Shown here: piece after piece, positions 60,817-64,000 of the stretch
Layout: the number at the start of each line of letters is the position of its first letter
How positions within the stretch are numbered: the stretch's first letter is position 1
From: an uncultured virus (IMG/VR IMGVR_UViG_3300028591_000115)
Taxonomy: Duplodnaviria > Heunggongvirae > Uroviricota > Caudoviricetes
IMG/VR virus record: IMGVR_UViG_3300028591_000115
Length of the DNA: 64,000 nt
Strand: one strand, 5' to 3'
The notes under the pieces: generated by a model
Database searches by the model: none
Seen by the model: only the letters and a program-made list of their open reading frames with translations
What the model was told of the DNA's origin: nothing
Translations under genes and position numbers: made by a program

Positions 60817-61280
60817 TCAGCATTTTCCCCTTTCTTAACAATTTCTTGTAAAGCTTGGATAATTGCTTCGTAATAAGACTTAGCATTTGAACCAAGCTCA
60901 TTAACCATTGCAATTTCACGAGCAAGCTTATAATTCTCTGTAGACATAGTTATGGTTGGTGAGAGATCACTTAATGTATGAGTTTGTGCAACTACATCAA
61001 GGATCATTAACTACATCGTAACGTGAGATTTATTTAGACGTAGAGAGTACGTTAAAGGCACTCTAAATACTGGACGTCCTAATTCATTAGTGGATTCTTT
61101 AAGTTCTACAACTTCATGTAGCCCAGTCTCTAAGTCATGTAAAATCAAAAATACTTGAGTGCTGGTATGTGCGGCAAGTGCTACATAAAAATCGATTGCA
61201 CCAATTTCAGTAGGCTCAGTAGCAGAGAAATCTCTTAAACGTAAAGTCCCATTTTTTTCGTATATAACAGTGGATTGCAT
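60813..61280 (-). CDS. hypothetical structural-region protein (TAG at 61011)
   Basis: GGGAGG RBS; HVTM*LMILDV joins two track ORFs in frame. Confidence 0.7.
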
Positions 61281-61310
61281 TTAAAATTTCCTCCCTACGG
61301 ATATAAAAAG

Positions 61311-61335
61311 TTAGGATGCGAAAATCGCATCCTAA
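61311..61335 (-). terminator. hairpin/terminator
   Basis: TTAGGATGCG-AAAAT-CGCATCCTAA; T-tract on the - strand. Confidence 0.65.
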
Positions 61336-61377
61336 CGTTCTACTATTTTTATAAAAGTAATTACATAGTTTAATTTA

Positions 61378-61581
61378 TTATGCCCTTGGAATCTCGTACC
61401 AGTTCATTTCCTCATCTTCTGGGATGGTAACCACACCCTCGGTGCGGTTACCATCTGTAAGAAGTTTATCAGGATCTGCAACTAACTTGATCATTTTTAC
61501 ATAATAAATGTCCTCAAGATGGACTGGGCTAGTAATTACTCCATTCGTTCCCAAATAACGGTACATAGGAATTCTATCCAT
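61378..61581 (-). CDS. small tail-associated hypothetical protein
   Basis: AAGGAGG RBS; Y.YLG.NG.I.S...L.AD..K.LTDG...W.E. Confidence 0.7.
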   Translation of the reverse strand: MDRIPMYRYLGTNGVITSPVHLEDIYYVKMIKLVADPDKLLTDGNRTEGVVTIPEDEEMNWYEIPRA

Positions 61582-61601
61582 AATTACTGTCCTCCTTATT
61601 A

Positions 61602-64000
61602 TTAAACCGGAACAACGGTGATTTCAACAACTTCTTTCTTAATATCATCTAAACCATTTTGGATATTTGCAATTAAAGCATCTTGGCTTACTGTACTTCT
61701 TGCTGCATAAGCAACAATTTCAGTAAGGCCTTCGCAGTTAGCAAATGCATCTTGTTGAATTGCATTAAGTGCGGCAGCAGTAATTGGACTCTTATTAGAG
61801 CCAATGACAATCTTTTGAATTGGAGTTGCGCCAAAAGCGTTACCTGCAATTCTACCAACTTGTCCATTATATCCATTATAGATATTAGAGCTAAGATATA
61901 AAGTCATATTATATTCGCCGGTATTCATTTGATCTAACCAAGCACCATATAATGCTACTGCCTCAAATCTAGCAACATTCTTCATGTTGTTAAATATTGT
62001 AGGAGATAATTTAGGTAAATTCTGGAATGCATTGGCTTTGATCTGTGCAAGAGAAGCAGGAAGATCAACATAAACTAACCGATCATCGCCATAGAAGCAA
62101 TTTGCCGGGAATGAATCAATTAAATCTGGTGTTATAGAAACTCCAGATCTATCATCACAACCACTGAAGAAAATATGAGTTACATAAGGTTGCCAGCTTA
62201 AGTTACCACCATCCATGCCTTCATCAGCAACAACACGAGTGAAGTCATTACTTTCGATTTTGCTAGATAACAAGCCAATAACATTATATTCTTCAGGATC
62301 TCCTCCACCTGGCGCCCATGTAATTTTATTAGGAATACAAATCTTACCACGGAGATAAGAGTTAATCTTAACTGTTACATTAACATTATTACCATTGACT
62401 AATTGTACTTCTAATTCGTTCGCGGTTAATGGATTTGCATATACACTTTCCTTTTGGAAAGTTGCATATACTGTTGTGTCTCTATCAATTTTGATAGGAT
62501 TTTCATTAGTATGAATTTCTGCATTGTCTTCAAGAGTCAAACGCCAACCTTTAAACTTATAAGTCTAAGTAAGTGGAAGAGCACTATCATCTTTCCAAGG
62601 AATTTCATTACTAAATTCTACATTCCTACCAGAAACAGCAATAGTAGTTAATGGAAGATCCCATTCATGAGTAATAGGATTATACTTGCAAACTGGAGTT
62701 GTGCCATCATCCATCATATAAGTTACAGTGTAACCATGAACGGCATATACAGCAACAAATGTATAAACAACATTCTCACCTTCAAGTGTATAGTCACTTA
62801 AAGAAGCAGAAGTTTTATTTGTACCATTAACGTTAATAACTGTGTTATTACGTTCACCTGGAGTTACATTCTTTTCCATCCAATCATTATGAGTAGAACC
62901 CTTTGCTTCCCAATCGAAGGTACTAGATTCTTCAATTGACCAACCTAAGAAGTCATAATGCAACCTTGTAGGCGTATCATAATTATAGGTAATAATTGGA
63001 CTTAATCCTTGAATACCTGGCAAATATTTCTGAGAACCAAATTCATGAATTGAACCATCTGGTAAGTATTCAATGAATCTTGCACGGTTCGCAGGAGTTA
63101 CATAATTTGCAGTAATATCAAGTTTAGGGAAGTGAGTATTCTTCTGATAATAAGCAAAGATTTCAGCTTCATTAATACGAGTTTCCTCAGTATTGTTGAC
63201 ATGTAAACTACCACTGATAGTAGGAATAACTTTTGCGCCCTGAGTATTGCCAACAGGTCTGAAATAATAACTTTCATATCTGATTGCACTATTATCTAAC
63301 TCAGTGTAGAAATGATGAAGCATTTCAAGATCTTTGATTGGGCTTGGGCCCTTCACTGTATCATAAATATAAACCAAACCATTCTTAACATCCTTAGCCC
63401 ACTGGCTTTGATTAGTATATACATACTGTTGATAGGTTACGTAAGAAGATTCGCGTTTATAATAATTAGCAGCTTTAGTACCATCATAAATAGCATCAGG
63501 ATCAACCTGAGTATATGGAGTCCATTCAACATTTGCACAAGAAATGCTTAATTCTTTTGTCGTAGCTGTTGCATCATCTAATGTACCAGCTTGCGCCTTA
63601 AGTTTAATATTATAAAGATAATTTAATAAACGATAAGAACCATAGCCCAACTTGGTGTCATCTAATTGAATCAAGTCAATCTTTGATGTAGCAGAACTTG
63701 GAATTTCACCAGAAGTTTCAAATGCTACTAATTTATCGGTTAAATTATCAATATATAATCCGATTGGATCTGCACCCTCATTTACATGAGTAGGTTTGGT
63801 AGTTAACAAATTAGTTAACTTAAGTGGACGTTGTAAACTAATCATAGTAACAGTTGCAGGCAAATAAACAGTAGTTAAAACACTACCTTGCGGCAATGCA
63901 ACTTCACCAATCTTAGTACCTAATAACTTTAATACCTCAAGTTTTGCGCACTTATTAACTTTAGGGTCAGACTGTAATTCAGACAAGTTACTCAAGTCTA
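61602..64000 (-). CDS. 3' part of a very large virion protein with InlB-B-like and BspA-type LRR repeats (TAG at 62565)
   Basis: LPLT*TYKFKGW joins two ORFs; HYDFLGWS; FPANCF..LPASL..I.ANAF, IQQDAFANC; open past the window end. Confidence 0.75.

Overview
This 64-kb window is a segment of a large, AT-rich tailed bacteriophage genome. The host is probably a Bacillota/Clostridia species, judging from about 19 consensus sigma-A promoters, strong GGAGG ribosome-binding sites and SH3b cell-wall hydrolases. The + strand (1-47722) carries a partial Pro/Thr-rich surface protein, a tRNA/ncRNA cluster, and an early module rich in RNA-repair-like enzymes (DUF2828 vWA protein, nucleotidyltransferase, RNA ligase, kinase, phosphoesterases). 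These are followed by ClpP and PIN-PhoH and a large replication/recombination/nucleotide block (GyrB, RNase H, GyrA, ligase, SSB, AAA ATPase, DnaB, primase, RecJ, RecD-like, DnaE, Gmk, NrdDG, dUTPase, RuvC-like). A bidirectional terminator at ~47745 separates this from convergent - strand lysis, radical-SAM, tail-fibre and baseplate genes. Main observations: (1) the phage almost certainly reads TAG as Gln (code 15). I counted about 45 in-frame TAGs in 14 genes, several at conserved Gln positions, and no confident gene ends in TAG, so the supplied ORF track fragments or misses these genes. (2) TAGs concentrate in lysis/virion genes and in nucleases/proteases and are absent from core replication genes. 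(3) A tRNA-mimic RNA and related CAGCAA-bulged stems lie upstream of the TROVE-like DUF2828 gene, a candidate phage Ro60/Y-RNA-like RNA repair system. (4) A promoter-driven Cys-rich micropeptide plus radical SAM cassette sits in the late region. All family assignments come from motif recognition by eye; no searches were run.
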